Source of the DNA: Amoebophrya sp. A120
Lineage: Eukaryota > Protista > Dinoflagellata
DNA: 64,000 nt
Reading direction: 5' to 3'
Assembly: GCA_905178155.1 (NCBI GenBank)
Contig: CAJINV010000007.1
Span: 4,048,265-4,112,264, forward strand
The notes below the pieces were generated by a model that ran no database searches, was not told the DNA's origin, and was given only the letters and a program-made list of their open reading frames with translations. Shown here in pieces: positions 62,184 through 64,000 of the stretch (the stretch's first letter is position 1; each line of letters starts with the position of its first letter). The translations under genes and the position numbers were made by a program.

Positions 62184-63375
62184 GAAGGAAGATGCTGGAT
62201 TAGGTGAAGGAGGAAGGCATGGTAGGAAGCTGAGGAGCCGCGCTACCTTCTTGTTTATCGATTCAAAATAGTGGCTGTTTAGCTGATGTCCAAGTTGTAA
62301 GGCAAAAAATGAGTTTCCGTTTCGAAGCGACAACTTGTAGACTTTTTTTCAAATTTTTCAAGGCCGAAGCCTTAGTACTCGTCGAAGTCGACGTCCAACG
62401 AGGATCAAACAGTTCAATATGAAACGACTTGTCTTCACGACACAAAGAGGTTTCGTCCTAAGTTTAGCCAAGTATTTCTACGCACCTTACTAATATCAAA
62501 AGGAAAAGCAAAAGCACTATCGTATCGACGGCCGTCGATACTTCGTCACTCCCAAGGAATATGTCGTTGTAACTTGGAGGGGGTTCACAAGCCCAAGTAA
62601 TAGCACAAGAAACATTTTCAAGTTTATTGCTACGGCTACGCGACAGGAGCAGGACGACAATTCGTTTGGAAACGCTTGTTTTGTAAATAATGTGGATGAA
62701 GAAAGCCAATATCTAAATCTAACCGGGGAATGCCCTGTATAAATGGAGAAAATGTTGCGCCCCTCTCTGTAACTTCGTTCAAATATCGACGTAAGCAAGA
62801 CGGGTCGTCGTGGTCGGAGAGGCCCGGCGGGTCTGAATTTTCGATGGCGTTGACGCAGACGATTTTCAACTGCGTCTCCTTTTCCACAAACGGTACACGA
62901 TCAATGAATGGATATATTTATGTGAATTACCTGCTTTATCGTTGAACGTAGCTGCGTATTTTTCGGTACCTTGTTGTACTAGGCCATCGGTTCGCGTTTG
63001 TCGTTGTCGCTATCGAAATCGTCTTGATCGTTGAGGAATTTGTCGTGCCGGGGAAACCAAAACTACACAGACCGGGTCAATTTTCGATTACACCATCAAG
63101 TCGGTCAGAATAGCCTTGTCGTACTTGCTCTTTCAAGAAAGAGCACAATCGTACTAGAGATCCCATATTTATATATTATTTTCATTCTGCTTTCGTTTCG
63201 TATTCGTTCATCTCCAACAAGGAAGAGGTTCAATTTCTCATATGGCAAGAAGAACCACTTTCACGGAGGGAATGGTACGTAGAAGATGGAAATAAACCAA
63301 AGCTAGACTGAGCAGAAGCTGCTGTTGTTGCTCCTTAATATAAGGAATTAAGTATACCACATACCACAATAAAAG

Positions 63376-64000
63376 ATGTACCAACAGACGGCACACCACG
63401 ACGACGAGCATGCCCGCGAAAACCGCCCGGGGTGGATCATCGTCACGGTCACGCGCCTGCTGCTGCAGCTCGCAGCTTGCGCTGTGCAGTATGCCGTGAT
63501 TCACCTGTTGTTTCTTTCCAAAGCCGGCCAGGACGTGCAGAAAAACAAGATGGACAGATTCTTCTATTACGGCACCGCGGTCGCGGTTTGGGTCACCGCG
63601 CCCATCGTCTGCCTGATCGCGCACAACGCACACCAGATCCGTTGTTGTTTCTTGCTGAAGCTGCTGACCGCGATGATGGCGGCCCTCGCCGTGGCCTACG
63701 AGACGGAGTGGCTCGGCACTTGCTTGAAAGACGCGATCAACAGTATGGGGGCGTCAACGTTGTATTTGCCTCAGACCGTAAAAAAAATTCTGCGCGCATT
63801 TTTTCGCGGCGCAAAGCTAGTAAACCTGTGCACGCTAGTGAGGGGCTGACTTGAACGCGGTTTGTTTTACCTAGCTTGTCAGCAACAGTGCTCTAGTAGG
63901 TAAGTGGGTATTGACGCGAAGGAGGGCGGGGCGCTGGGGGTTCTTCTGTGGCTGATGTTTTCACCTAGAAAACGCCGGGCGCGCGCAATATTTTGCTCCG
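63376..64000 (+). CDS. Membrane protein, 5' part only (runs off the window)
   Basis: Three hydrophobic segments in ORF 63376-63849, followed by an inverted-repeat-bounded, intron-like segment truncated at the window end. Confidence 0.5.

Noticed and set aside
267-63633. Numerous minus-strand and nested short ORFs
   Set aside because: Antisense shadows of + strand exons or chance ORFs; no recognisable motifs.

Overview
Eukaryotic, intron-containing DNA, not prokaryotic. About 15 protein genes all lie on the + strand, interrupted by ~30 ordinary GT-AG introns and ~13 non-canonical ones. This architecture resembles what is reported for the parasitic dinoflagellate lineage Amoebophrya/Syndiniales (inference, not a database match). 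Recognisable products: senescence/spartin-domain protein, RBM26/27-like RRM protein, ABCD/YddA-type ABC protein, tandem-ubiquitin/Ig-like protein, 2OG-Fe(II) oxygenase, DUSP-like protein, Prx5-type peroxiredoxin, phosducin-like PhLP3, double-GAF protein, PITH protein and a large Cys-rich repeat protein. Main signals: (1) Ten introns obey one rule: TAT...ATA termini, locus-specific terminal inverted repeats and a 5-nt target-site duplication; removing the element plus 5 nt restores the frame in all ten. (2) A 9-mer TTGTCATGC is strongly enriched in non-coding DNA. (3) Two in-frame UGA codons sit in selenocysteine-like contexts: the Prx catalytic site (TPT-UGA) and a C-terminal C-K-S-UGA-G-stop on the PITH protein, a candidate unrecognised selenoprotein. 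(4) A 2.6-kb intron carries a higher-order satellite, and an intergenic foldback carries a palindrome array. All exon joins were read by eye and need RNA-seq confirmation.
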